NCBI GenBank assembly: GCA_964035545.1
Contig: OZ037768.1
Span: 15,359,875 to 15,423,874, forward strand
Source: Bugula neritina
Taxonomy: Eukaryota > Animalia > Bryozoa
Reading direction: 5' to 3'
Length of the DNA stretch: 64,000 nucleotides
Shown: one piece after another, positions 31,981 through 46,700 of the stretch
How the letters are laid out: the number at the start of each line of letters is the position of its first letter
How positions within the stretch are numbered: the stretch's first letter is position 1
Notes under the pieces: model-generated
What the model saw: the letters and a program-made list of their open reading frames with translations, nothing else
Told to the model about the DNA's origin: nothing
Database searches by the model: none
Position numbers and translations under genes: made by a program

Positions 31981-34900
31981 TACCAAAAAATACTGAAATA
32001 TACTTCAACATACTGAAATATACCTAAAAGCATTGAAACATACTGAAATACACTGTAACATACTGAATCACACTGCAACATACTGCAACAAACTGAAATG
32101 TACTGCAACATGCTGAAATATACTGCAACATACTGAAATACACTGTAATATACTGAATTACACTGCAACATACTGCAACATACTGGAGTGCACTGCAAAA
32201 AAATTAAACATACTGTAACACACTGAAACATACTGCAAAATACTGAAATACATGGTGACCTACTCAAAATATACTGCAACATACTGAAATATGCTGTAGC
32301 ATACTGAAATACACTGCAAAACACTAACGTATACCGTGATTTACAGAAATGTACTGTAACATACTGAAATATACTTCGACATACTGAAATATACCTAAAA
32401 ACCTTGAGACATACTGAAATACACTGTAACATACTGAAATACACTGCAACATACCGAAATGTATGGTAACCTACTGAAATATGTTGCAAACAACTGAGAT
32501 ATACTGCAACACACTGCAACATACTGAAATACACTGTAACATACTGAATTACACTGCAACATACTGCGACATACTGAAGTACAGTGCAACAAAATTAAAC
32601 ATACTGTAACACACTGAAACATACTGCAAAAAACTGAAATATACTGTACCATACTAAAGCATCCTGCAACATACTGAAACATACTTCAACATACCGAAAT
32701 ATTCCTAAAAATCTTGAAAAATAGTGAAATACACTGTAACATACTGAAATACACTGCAACACACTGAAGTATACTGTAATATACAGAAATGTACTGTAAA
32801 ACACATGAATATACTGCAACATTCCGAAATGTACTGCAACACATTGAAATATACTGCAATATACCGAAATGTGCTGTAGCATACTGAAATACACTGCAAA
32901 ACACTGAAATATACTGTAATATACAGAAATTCACTGTAACATACTGAAACATACGTCAACATACTAAAATGTACTGCAACATGCTCAAATATACTGCAAT
33001 ATACTGAAATACACTGTAACAAACTGAATTACACTGCAACATACTGCGACATACTGAAGTCCACTGCACCAAAATTAAACATACTGTAACACACTGAAAC
33101 ATACTGCAACAAACTGAAATGTACTGCAACATGCTGAAATATACTGCAACATACTGAAATACGCTGTAACATACTGAAATACACTGCAACACATTGGACT
33201 ATACTGCAACATACCGAAATATATGGTAACCTACTGAAATATGTTGCAAACCACTGAAATATACTGCAACATACTGAAATACAGTGTAACATACTGAAAT
33301 ACACTGCAAGACGCTGAAGTATACCGTATTTTACAGAAAGCAATGTAACATACTGAAACATACATCAACATACTGAAATGAACCGCAAAATGCTAAAATA
33401 GACTGCAACATACTGAAATACACTGTAACGTACTGAATCACACTGCAACATACTGCAACATACTGAAATACACTGTAACATACTGAAATATACTGCAACA
33501 TACTGCAACATACTGAAATACACTGTAACATGCTGAAATACACTGCAACATACTGCAACGTACTGAAATACACTGTAAAATATTGAAATACACTGCAACA
33601 CATTGAAATATACTGCAACATACCGAAATATATGGTAACCTACTAAAAATATACTGTAACACATTGAAATATACTGAACATTCTGAAATACACTGCAACA
33701 CAATGAAGTATACTGAAATATACAGAAATCTACCAAAAAATACTGAAATATACTTCAACATACTGAAATATACCTAAAAGCATTGAAACATACTGAAATA
33801 CACTGTAACATACTGAATCACACTGCAACATACTGCAACAAACTGAAATGTACTGCAACATGCTGAAATATACTGCAACATACTGAAATACACTGTAATA
33901 TACTGAATTACACTGCAACATACTGCAACATACTGGAGTGCACTGCAAAAAAATTAAACATACTGTAACACACTGAAACATACTGCAAAATACTGAAATA
34001 CATGGTGACCTACTCAAAATATACTGCAACATACTGAAATATGCTGTAGCATACTGAAATACACTGCAAAACACTAACGTATACCGTGATTTACAGAAAT
34101 GTACTGTAACATACTGAAATATACTTCGACATACTGAAATATACCTAAAAACCTTGAGACATACTGAAATACACTGTAACATACTGAAATACACTGCAAC
34201 ATACCGAAATATATGGTAACCTACTGAAATATGTTGCAAACAACTGAGATATACTGCAACACACTGCAACATACTGAAATACACTGTAACATACTGAATT
34301 ACACTGCAACATACTGCGACATACTGAAGTACAGTGCAACAAAATTAAACATACTGTAACACACTGAAACATACTGCAAAAAACTGAAATATACTGTACC
34401 ATACTAAAGCATCCTGCAACATACTGAAACATACTTCAACATACCGAAATATTCCTAAAAATCTTGAAAAATAGTGAAATACACTGTAACATACTGAAAT
34501 ACACTGCAACACACTGAAGTATACTGTAATATACAGAAATGTACTGTAAAACACATGAATATACTGCAACATTCCGAAATGTACTGCAACACATTGAAAT
34601 ATACTGCAATATACCGAAATGTGCTGTAGCATACTGAAATACACTGCAAAACACTGAAATATACTGTAATATACAGAAATTCACTGTAACGTACTGAAAC
34701 ATACGCAACATACTGAAATGTACTGCAACATGCTCAAATATACTGCAATTTACTGAAATACACTGTAACATACTGAATTACACTGCAACATACTGCGACA
34801 TACTGAAGTGCACTGCATCAAAATTAAACATACTGTAACACACTGAAACATACTGCAAATTACTGAAATATATGGTAACCTACTCAAAATATACTTCAAC

Positions 34901-37900
34901 ATACTGAAATATGCTGTAGCATACTGAAATACACTGCAAAACACTGAAGTATACCGTAATTTACAGAAATGTACTGTAACATACTGAAACATACGTCAAC
35001 ATACTGAAATGTACGGCAACATGCTGGAATTGACTGTAACATACTGAATCACACTGCAACATATTGAATTACACTGTAACATACTGAAATATACTGCAAC
35101 ATACTGCAACATACTGAAATACACTGTAACATACTGAAATATACTGCAAAATACTGAAATACACCGTAACAAACTGAATTACACAGCAACATACTGAAAT
35201 ACACTGTAACATACTGAAATACACTGCAACACATTGGAATGCACTGCAACTTACCGAAATATATGGTAACGTATTGAAATATGTTGCAAACCACTGAAAT
35301 ATACTGCAACATACTGCAACATACCAAAATAAATTGCAACACATTGAAATATACTGCAACATACCGAAATATATGGTAACCTACTGAAATACACTGTAAC
35401 ACATTGAATGGGTTTACAGAAATAGACTGCAACATACTGAAATACACTGTAACATATTGAATCACGCTGCAACATACTGCAACATACTGAACTACACTGT
35501 AACATATTGAAATATACTGCAACCTACTGCAACATACTGAAATACACTGTAACATATTGAATCACGCTGCAACATACTGCAACATACTGAACTACACTGT
35601 AACATATTGAAATATACTGCAACCTACTGCAACATACTGAAGTACACTGTAACATACTGAAATACACTGCAACACGCTGAAATATACTGAAATATACAGA
35701 AATCTATTGTAAAACACTGAAATATACTGCAACATACTGAAAGATACTGCAACATACTGCAACATACTGAAATACACTGTAACATACTGAAATACACTGC
35801 AACACATCGAAATATACCGCAACATACCGAATTATATGATAACCTACTGAATTAGACTGTAACACATTGAATCATACTGCAACATACTGAAAAACACTGC
35901 AACACACTGAAGTATAATGTAATATATGGAAATATACTGTAACATACTGTAACATACTGATATACGCTGTAAAATATTGAATTACACTGCAACATATTGA
36001 AATAAACTGCAACATACCGAAATATATTATAACCTACTCAAAATATACTGTAACACATTGAAATATACCGAGCTTTCTGAAATACACTGCAACAAAATGA
36101 AGTATACTGAAATATACAGAAATCTACTGTAAAATACTGAAATATACTTCAACATATTGAATTATACCTAAAAACATTGAAACATACCGAAATACACTGT
36201 AACATACTGAAATACACTGCAACACATTGAAATATACTGCAACATGCCGAAATATATGGTAACCTACTGAAATATACTGTAACACATTGAATTAATTTAC
36301 AGAAATGTACTGTAACATACTGAAACATACGTCAACATACTGAAATGAACTGCAACATGCTGAAATATACTGCAACATACTTAAATACACTGTAACATAC
36401 TGAATCACACTGCAGCATACTGCAACAAACTGAAATGTACTGCAACATGCTGAAATATACTGCAACATACTGAAATACGCTGTAACATACTGAAATACAC
36501 TGCAACACATTGGACTATACTGCAACATACCGAAATATATGGTAACCTACTGAAATATGTTGCAAACCACTGAAATATACTGCAACATACTGAAATACAG
36601 TGTAACATACTGAAATACACTGCAAGACGCTGAAGTATACCGTATTTTACAGAAAGCAATGTAACATACTGAAACATACATCAACATACTGAAATGAACC
36701 GCAAAATGCTAAAATAGACTGCAACATACTGAAATACACTGTAACGTACTGAATCACACTGCAACATACTGCAACATACTGAAATACACTGTAACATACT
36801 GAAATATACTGCAACATACTGCAACATACTGAAATACACTGTAACATGCTGAAATACACTGCAACATACTGCAACGTACTGAAATACACTGTAAAATATT
36901 GAAATACACTGCAACACATTGAAATATACTGCAACATACCGAAATATATGGTAACCTACTAAAAATATACTGTAACACATTGAAATATACTGAACATTCT
37001 GAAATACACTGCAACACAATGAAGTATACTGAAATATACAGAAACCTACCAAAAAATACTGAAATATACTTCAACATACTGAAATATACCTAAAAGCATT
37101 GAAACATACTGAAATACACTGTAACATACTGAATCACACTGCAACATACTGCAACAAACTGAAATGTACTGCAACATGCTGAAATATACTGCAACATACT
37201 GAAATACACTGTAATATACTGAATTACACTGCAACATACTGCAACATACTGGAGTGCACTGCAAAAAAATTAAACATACTGTAACACACTGAAACATACT
37301 GCAAAATACTGAAATACATGGTGACCTACTCAAAATATACTGCAACATACTGAAATATGCTGTAGCATACTGAAATACACTGCAAAACACTAACGTATAC
37401 CGTGATTTACAGAAATGTACTGTAACATACTGAAATATACTTCGACATACTGAAATATACCTAAAAACCTTGAGACATACTGAAATACACTGTAACATAC
37501 TGAAATACACTGCAACATACCGAAATATATGGTAACCTACTGAAATATGTTGCAAACAACTGAGATATACTGCAACACACTGCAACATACTGAAATACAC
37601 TGTAACATACTGAATTACACTGCAACATACTGCGACATACTGAAGTACAGTGCAACAAAATTAAACATACTGTAACACACTGAAACATACTGCAAAAAAC
37701 TGAAATATACTGTACCATACTAAAGCATCCTGCAACATACTGAAACATACTTCAACATACCGAAATATTCCTAAAAATCTTGAAAAATAGTGAAATACAC
37801 TGTAACATACTGAAATACACTGCAACACACTGAAGTATACTGTAATATACAGAAATGTACTGTAAAACACATGAATATACTGCAACATTCCGAAATGTAC

Positions 37901-39751
37901 TGCAACACATTGAAATATACTGCGATATACCGAAATGTGCTGTAGCATACTGAAATACACTGCAAAACACTGAAATATACTGTAATATACAGAAATTCAC
38001 TGTAACATACTGAAACATACGTCAACATACTAAAATGTACTGCAACATGCTCAAATATACTGCAATATACTGAAATACACTGTAACAAACTGAATTACAC
38101 TGCAACATACTGCGACATACTGAAGTCCACTGCACCAAAATTAAACATACTGTAACACACTGAAACATACTGCAACAAACTGAAATGTACTGCAACATGC
38201 TGAAATATACTGCAACATACTGAAATACGCTGTAACATACTGAAATACACTGCAACACATTGGACTATACTGCAACATACCGAAATATATGGTAACCTAC
38301 TGAAATATGTTGCAAACCACTGAAATATACTGCAACATACTGAAATACAGTGTAACATACTGAAATACACTGCAAGTCGCTGAAGTATACCGTATTTTAC
38401 AGAAAGCAATGTAACATACTGAAACATACATCAACATACTGAAATGAACCGCAAAATGCTAAAATAGACTGCAACATACTGAAATACACTGTAACGTACT
38501 GAATCACACTGCAACATACTGCAACATACTGAAATACACTGTAACATACTGAAATATACTGCAACATACTGCAACATACTGAAATACACTGTAACATGCT
38601 GAAATACACTGCAACATACTGCAACGTACTGAAATACACTGTAAAATATTGAAATACACTGCAACACATTGAAATATACTGCAACATACCGAAATATATG
38701 GTAACCTACTAAAAATATACTGTAACACATTGAAATATACTGAACATTCTGAAATACACTGCAACACAATGAAGTATGCTGAAATATACAGAAATCTACC
38801 AAAAAATACTGAAATATACTTCAACATACTGAAATATACCTAAAAGCATTGAAACATACTGAAATACACTGTAACATACTGAATCACACTGCAACATACT
38901 GCAACAAACTGAAATGTACTGCAACATGCTGAAATATACTGCAACATACTGAAATACACTGTAATATACTGAATTACACTGCAACATACTGCAACATACT
39001 GGAGTGCACTGCAAAAAAATTAAACATACTGTAACACACTGAAACATACTGCAAAATACTGAAATACATGGTGACCTACTCAAAATATACTGCAACATAC
39101 TGAAATATGCTGTAGCATACTGAAATACACTGCAAAACACTAACGTATACCGTGATTTACAGAAATGTACTGTAACATACTGAAATATACTTCGACATAC
39201 TGAAATATACCTAAAAACCTTGAGACATACTGAAATACACTGTAACATACTGAAATACACTGCAACATACCGAAATATATGGTAACCTACTGAAATATGT
39301 TGCAAACAACTGAGATATACTGCAACACACTGCAACATACTGAAATACACTGTAACATACTGAATTACACTGCAACATACTGCGACATACTGAAGTACAG
39401 TGCAACAAAATTAAACATACTGTAACACACTGAAACATACTGCAAAAAACTGAAATATACTGTACCATACTAAAGCATCCTGCAACATACTGAAACATAC
39501 TTCAACATACCGAAATATTCCTAAAAATCTTGAAAAATAGTGAAATACACTGTAACATACTGAAATACACTGCAACACACTGAAGTATACTGTAATATAC
39601 AGAAATGTACTGTAAAACACATGAATATACTGCAACATTCCGAAATGTACTGCAACACATTGAAATATACTCCAATATACCGAAATGTGCTGTAGCATAC
39701 TGAAATACACTGCAAAACACTGAAATATACTGTAATATACAGAAATTCACT
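29620..39751. repeat. 5066-bp tandem super-repeat (2 copies), each containing a nested 1750-bp repeat
   Basis: ORF ends 29926/34992, 30489/35555, 32534/37600, 34284/39350 and 34644/39710 are all offset by 5066. The nested offset of 1750 appears in 31980/33730 and 37046/38796. Confidence 0.92.
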
Positions 39752-40699
39752 GTAACATACTGAAACATACGTCAACATACTAAAATGTACTGCAACATGC
39801 TCAAATATACTGCAATATACTGAAATACACTGTAACAAACTGAATTACACTGCAACATACTGCGACATACTGAAGTCCACTGCACCAAAATTAAACATAC
39901 TGTAACACACTGAAACATACTGCAAATTACTGAAATATATGGTAACCTACTCAAAATATACTGCAACATACTGAAATATGCTGTAGCATACTGAAATACA
40001 CTGCAAAACACTGAAGTATACCGTAATTACCAGAAATGTACTGTAACATACTGAAATATACTTAAACATACTGAAATATACCTAAAATCATTGAAACATA
40101 CTGAAATACACTGTAACATACTGAAATACACTGCAACACATTGGACTATACTGCAACATACCGAATTATATGGTAACCTACTGAAATATGTTGCAAACTA
40201 CTGAAATATACTGCAACATACTGAAATACAGTGTAACATACTGAAATACACTGCAAGACGCTGAAGTATACCGTATTTTACAGAAAGTAATGTAACATAC
40301 TGAAACATACATCAACATACTGAAATGAACCGCAAAATGCTAAAATAGACTGCAACATACTGAAATACACTGTAACGTACTGAATCACACTGCAGCATAC
40401 TGCAACATACTGAAATACACTGTAACATACTGAAATATACTGCAACATACTGCAACATACTGAAATAAACTGTAACATGCTGAAATACACTGCAACATAC
40501 TGCAACGTACTGAAATACACTGTAAAATATTGAAATACACTGCAACACATTGAAATATACTGCAACATACCGAAATATATGGTAACCTACTACAAATATA
40601 CTGTAACACAATGAAATATACCGAACATTCTGAAATACACTGCAACACAATGAAGTATACAGAAATATACAGAAATCTACCAAAAAATACTGAAATATA

Positions 40700-43600
40700 C
40701 TTCAACATACTGAAATATACCTAAAAGCATTGAAACATACTGAAATACACTGTAACATACTGAAATACATTGCAACACATTGGAATATGCTGCAACATAC
40801 CGAAATATATGGTAACCTACTGAAATATACTGTACCATACTGAAATATACTGCGAAATACTGAAATACACCGTAACAAACTGAATTACACTGCAACATAC
40901 TGAAATACACTGTAACATATTGAAATAGACTTCAACACATTGAAATATACTGAAACATACGGAAATGTATGGTAACCTACTGAAAGATGTTGCAAACCAC
41001 TGAAACATACTGCAACATCCTGAAACAAAATGAGATATACTATAACACACTCAAACATACTGCAAAATACTGAAATACACCGTAGCATACTGAAATATAC
41101 TGCAACATACTGCAACATACTGAAATACACTGTAAAATATTGAAATACACTGCAACACATTGAAATATACTGCAACATACCGAAATATATGGTAACCTAC
41201 TCAAAATATACTGTAACACATTGAAATATACCGAACATTCTGAAACACACTGCAACACAATGAAGTATACTGAAATATACAGAAATCTACTGTAAAATAC
41301 TGAAATATACTTCAACATACTGAAATGTTCTGCGACATACTGAAGTACAGTGCAACAAAATTAAACACACTGTAACACACTGAAACATACTGCAAAATAC
41401 CTAAATATACTGTAACATACTAAAGCATCCTGCAACATACTGAAACATAGTTCAACATACTGAAATGTACCTAAAAATATTGAAACATAGTGAAATACAC
41501 TGTAACATACTGAAATACACTGCAACACATAGGACTATACTGCAACATACCGAAATATATGGTAACCTACTGAAAAATGTTGCAAAGTACTGAAATATAC
41601 TGCAACATACTGCAAGATACTGAAATACACTGCTACACATTGAATTATACTGCAACATAACGAAATATATGGTAACCTACTGAAATATATTTTAACACAT
41701 CGAGTGAATTCACAGAAACGTACTGTAACATACTGAAACATACGTCAACACACTGAAATGTACTGTAACATACTGAAATATACGTCAACATACTGAAATC
41801 TACTGCAACTTGCTGAAATATACTGCAACATACTGAAATACAGTGTAACATACTGAAATACACTGCAAGACACTGAAGTATACCGTAATTTACAGAAATG
41901 TACTGTAACATACTGAAACATACGTCAACATACTGAATTGTACTGCAACATGCTGAAATATACTGCAACATACTGTAACACACTGAAACATGCTGCAAAA
42001 TACTGAAATACATGGTGACCTACTCAAAATATACTGCAACATACTGAAATATGCTGTAGCATACTGAAATACACTGCAAAACACTGAAGTATACCGTAAT
42101 TAACAGAAATGTACTGTAACATACTGAAATATACTTAAACATACTGAAATATACCTAAAATCATTGAAACATACTGAAATACACTGTAACATACTGAAAT
42201 ACACTGCAACACATTGGACTATACTGCAACATACCGAAATATATGGTAACCTACTCAAAATATACTGTAACACATTGAAATATACCGAGCACTCTGAAAC
42301 ACACTGCAACACAATGAAGTATACTGAAATATACAGAAATCTACTGTAATATACAGAAATATACTGTAACATACTGCAACATACTGAAATACACTGTAAC
42401 ATACTGATTCACACTGCAACGTACTGCAACATACTGAAATGTACTGTAACATGCTGAGAAATACTGCAACATACTGAAATACGCTGTAACATACTGAATT
42501 ACAGTGTAACATACCGAATTACACTGCAACATACTGCGACATACTGAAGTACTGTGCAACAAAATTAAACATACTGTAACACACTGAAACATACTGCAAA
42601 AAACTGAAATATACTGTACCATACTAAAGCATCCCGCAACATACTGAAACATACATCAACATACCGAAATATACCTAAAAATATTGAAACATAGTGAAAT
42701 ACACTGTAACATACTGAAATACACTGCAACACACTGAAGTATACTGTAATCTACAGAAATGTACTGTAAAATACTGAAATATACTGCAACATTCCGAAAT
42801 ATACTGCAACACATTGAAATATACTGCAATATACCGAAATGTGCTGTAGCATACTGAAATACACTGCAAAACACTGAAATATACTGTAATATACAGAAAT
42901 TCACTGTAACATACTGAAACATACGCAACATACTAAAATGTACTGCAACATGCTCAAATATACTGCAATATACTGAAAAACACTGTAACAAACTGAATTA
43001 CACTGCAACATACTGCGACATACTGAAGTCCACTGCACCAAAATTAAACATACTGTAACACAATGAAACATACTGCAAATTACTGAAATATATGGTAACC
43101 TACTCAAAATATACTGCAACATACTGAAATATGCTGTAGCATACTGAAATACACTGCAAAACACTGAAGTATACCGTAATTAACAAAAATGTACTGTAAC
43201 ATACTGAAATATATTTAAACATACTGAAATATACCTAAAATCATTGAAACATACTGAAATACACTGTAACATACTGAAATACACTGCAACACATTAGACT
43301 ATGCTGCAACATACCGAAATATATGGTAACCTACTGAAATATGTTGCAAACTACTGAAATATACTGCAACAAACTGAAATACACTGTAACATACTGAAAT
43401 ACACTGCAACACATTGGACTATACTGCAAGATACCGAAATATATGGTAACCTACTGAAATATGTTGCAAACTACTGAAATATACTGCAACATACTGAAAT
43501 ACAGTGTAACATACTGAATTACGCAGCAACATACTGAAATACACTGTAACATATTGAAATAGACTGCAACATACTGCAACATACTGAAATACACTGCAAC

Positions 43601-43720
43601 ACATTGAAATATACTGCAACATACCGAAATATATGGTAACCAACTGAAATATACTGTAACATACTGAAATATACTGCAAAATACTGAAATACACCGTAAC
43701 AAACTGAATTACGCAGCAAC
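40700..43720. repeat. Diverged mosaic transition zone made of fragments related to domains B and C and to the 3244-bp unit
   Basis: 42341-42652 matches 19291-19602 with substitutions. CCTGAAACAAAATGAGATATACTATAAC occurs at ~41019, ~43843 and ~47097. CGAGTGAAT occurs at ~41701, ~45746 and ~48989. Confidence 0.8.
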
Positions 43721-46700
43721 ATACTGAAATACACTGTAACATATTGAAATAGACTGCAACACATTGAAATATACTGAAACATACTGAAATGTATGGTAAC
43801 CTACTGAAAAAAGTTGCAAACCACTGAAACATACTGCAACATCCTGAAACAAAATGAGATATACTATAACACACTCAAACATACTGCAAAATACTGAAAT
43901 ACACCGTAGCATACTGAAATATACTGCAACATACTGCAACATACTGAAATACACTGTAACATGCTGAAATAAACCGCAACATAATGCAACATACTGCAAC
44001 ATACTGAAATACACTGTAAAATATTGAAATACACTGCAACACATTGAAATATACTGCAACATACCGAAATATATGGTAACCTACTCAAAACATACTGTAA
44101 CACATTGAAATATACCGAACATTCTGAAACACACTGCAACACAATGAAGTATACTGAAATATACAGAAATCTACTGTAAAATACTGAAATATACTTCAAC
44201 ATACTGAAATGTTCTGCGACATACTGAAGTACAGTGCAACAAAATTAAACACACTGTAACACACTGAAACATACTGCAAAATACCTAAATATACTGTAAC
44301 ATACTAAAGCATCCTGCAACATACTGAAACATACTTCAACACACTGAAATAGACCTAAAAATATTGAAACATAGTGAAATACACTGTAACATACTGAAAT
44401 ACACTGCAACACACTGAAGTATACTGTAATATACAGAAATGTACTGTAAAATACTGAAATATACTGCAACATACCGAAATATACTGCAACACATTGAAAT
44501 ATACTGCAACATACCGAAATATGCTGTAGCATACCGAAATAGGTTGCAACACACTGAAATATACCGTAATATACAGAATTTTACTGTAACATACTGAAAC
44601 ATACGTCAACATACTGAAATGTATTGCAACATGCTGAAATATACTGCAACATACTGAAATACACCGTGACTAACTGAATTACACTGCAACATATTGAAAT
44701 ACACTGCAACATATTGAAATAGACTGCAACACATTGAAATTTACTGCAACATACCGAAATATACTGCAAGATACTGCAACATACTGAAATACATTGTAAG
44801 ATGCTGAAATACACTGCAACATACTGCAACATACTGAAATGTACTGCAACATGCTGAAATGTACTGTAACACGCTGAAAGAAACTACAAAATACTAAAAT
44901 AAACTGCAACATACTGAAATAAAATCCAAACTACTGAAATATACTGAAACACTCAAAAAATTATTGCAATTGTCCAACATAGTGAACTATACTGCAAAAA
45001 CACTGAAATATACTGCAACATACTGAAGTATGCTGTATCATACTGAAATACAATGCAAAACATTGAAGTATACAGTAATTTACAGAAATGTACTGTAACA
45101 TACTGAAACCTACGTCAATATACTGAAATGTACTGCAACATGCTGAAATATACTGCAACATACTGAAATAAACTGTAACATACTGAATCACACTGCAACA
45201 TACTGCAACAAACTGAAATGTACTGCAACATGCTGAAATATACTGCGACATACTGAAATACACTGTAACATACTGAATTACACTGCAACATACTGCGACA
45301 TACTGACGTGCACTGCTTCAAAATTAAACATACTGTAACACACTGAAACATAGTGCAAATTACTGAAATATATGGTAACCTACTCAAAATATACTGCAAC
45401 ATACTGAAATATGCTGTAGCATACTGAAATACACTGCAAAACACTGAAGTATACCGTAATTTACAGAAATGTACTGTAACATACTGAAATATACTTCAAC
45501 ATACTGAACTATACCTAAAAACATTGAAACATGCTGAAATACACCGTAACATACTGAAATACACTGCAACACATAGGACTATACTGCAACATACCGAAAT
45601 ATATGGTAACCTACTGAAATATGTTGCAAACTACTGAAATATACTGCAACATACTGCAAGATACTGAAATACACTGCTACACATTGAATTATACTGCAAC
45701 ATACCGAAATATATGGTAACCTACTGAAATATATTTTAACACATCGAGTGAATTTACAGAAACGCACTGTAACATACTGAAACATACGTCAACACACTGA
45801 AATGTACTGTAACATACTGAAACATACGTCAACATACTGAAATCTACTGCAACTTGCTGAAATATACTGCAACATACTGAAATACAGTGTAACATACTGA
45901 AATACACTGCAAGACACTGAAGTATACCGTAATTTACAGAAATGTACTGTAACATACTGAAACATACGTCAACATACTGAATTGTACTGCAACATGCTGA
46001 AATATACTGCAACATACTGAAATAGACTGTAACATACTGAATTACACTGCAACATACTGCAACATACTGGAGTGCACTGCAAAAAAATTAAACATACTGT
46101 AACACACTAAAACATACTGCAAAATACGGAAATACATGGTGACCTACTCAAAATATACTGCAACATACTGAAATATGCTGTAGCATACTGAAATACACTG
46201 CAAAACACTAAAGTATACCGTAATTTACAGAAATGTACTGTAACATACTGAAATATACTTCAACATACTGAAATATACCTAAAAACCTTGAGACATACTG
46301 AAATACACTGTAACATACTGAAATACACTGCAACACATTGGGCTGTACTGCAACATACCGAAATATATGGTAACCTACTGAAATATGTTGCAAACAACTG
46401 AGATATACTGCAACATACTGCAACATACTGAAATACACTGCTACACATTGAAATATACTGAAATGTACTGTAACATGCTGAAATATACTGCAACATACTG
46501 AATTACACTGTAACATACTGAATTACACTGCAACATACTGCGACATACTGAAGTACAGTGCAACAAAATTAAACATACTGTAACACACTGAAACATACTG
46601 CAAAAAACTGAAATATACTGTACCATACTAAAGCATCCTGCAACATACTGAAACATACTTCAACATACCGAAATATACCTAAAAATATTGAAACATAGTG

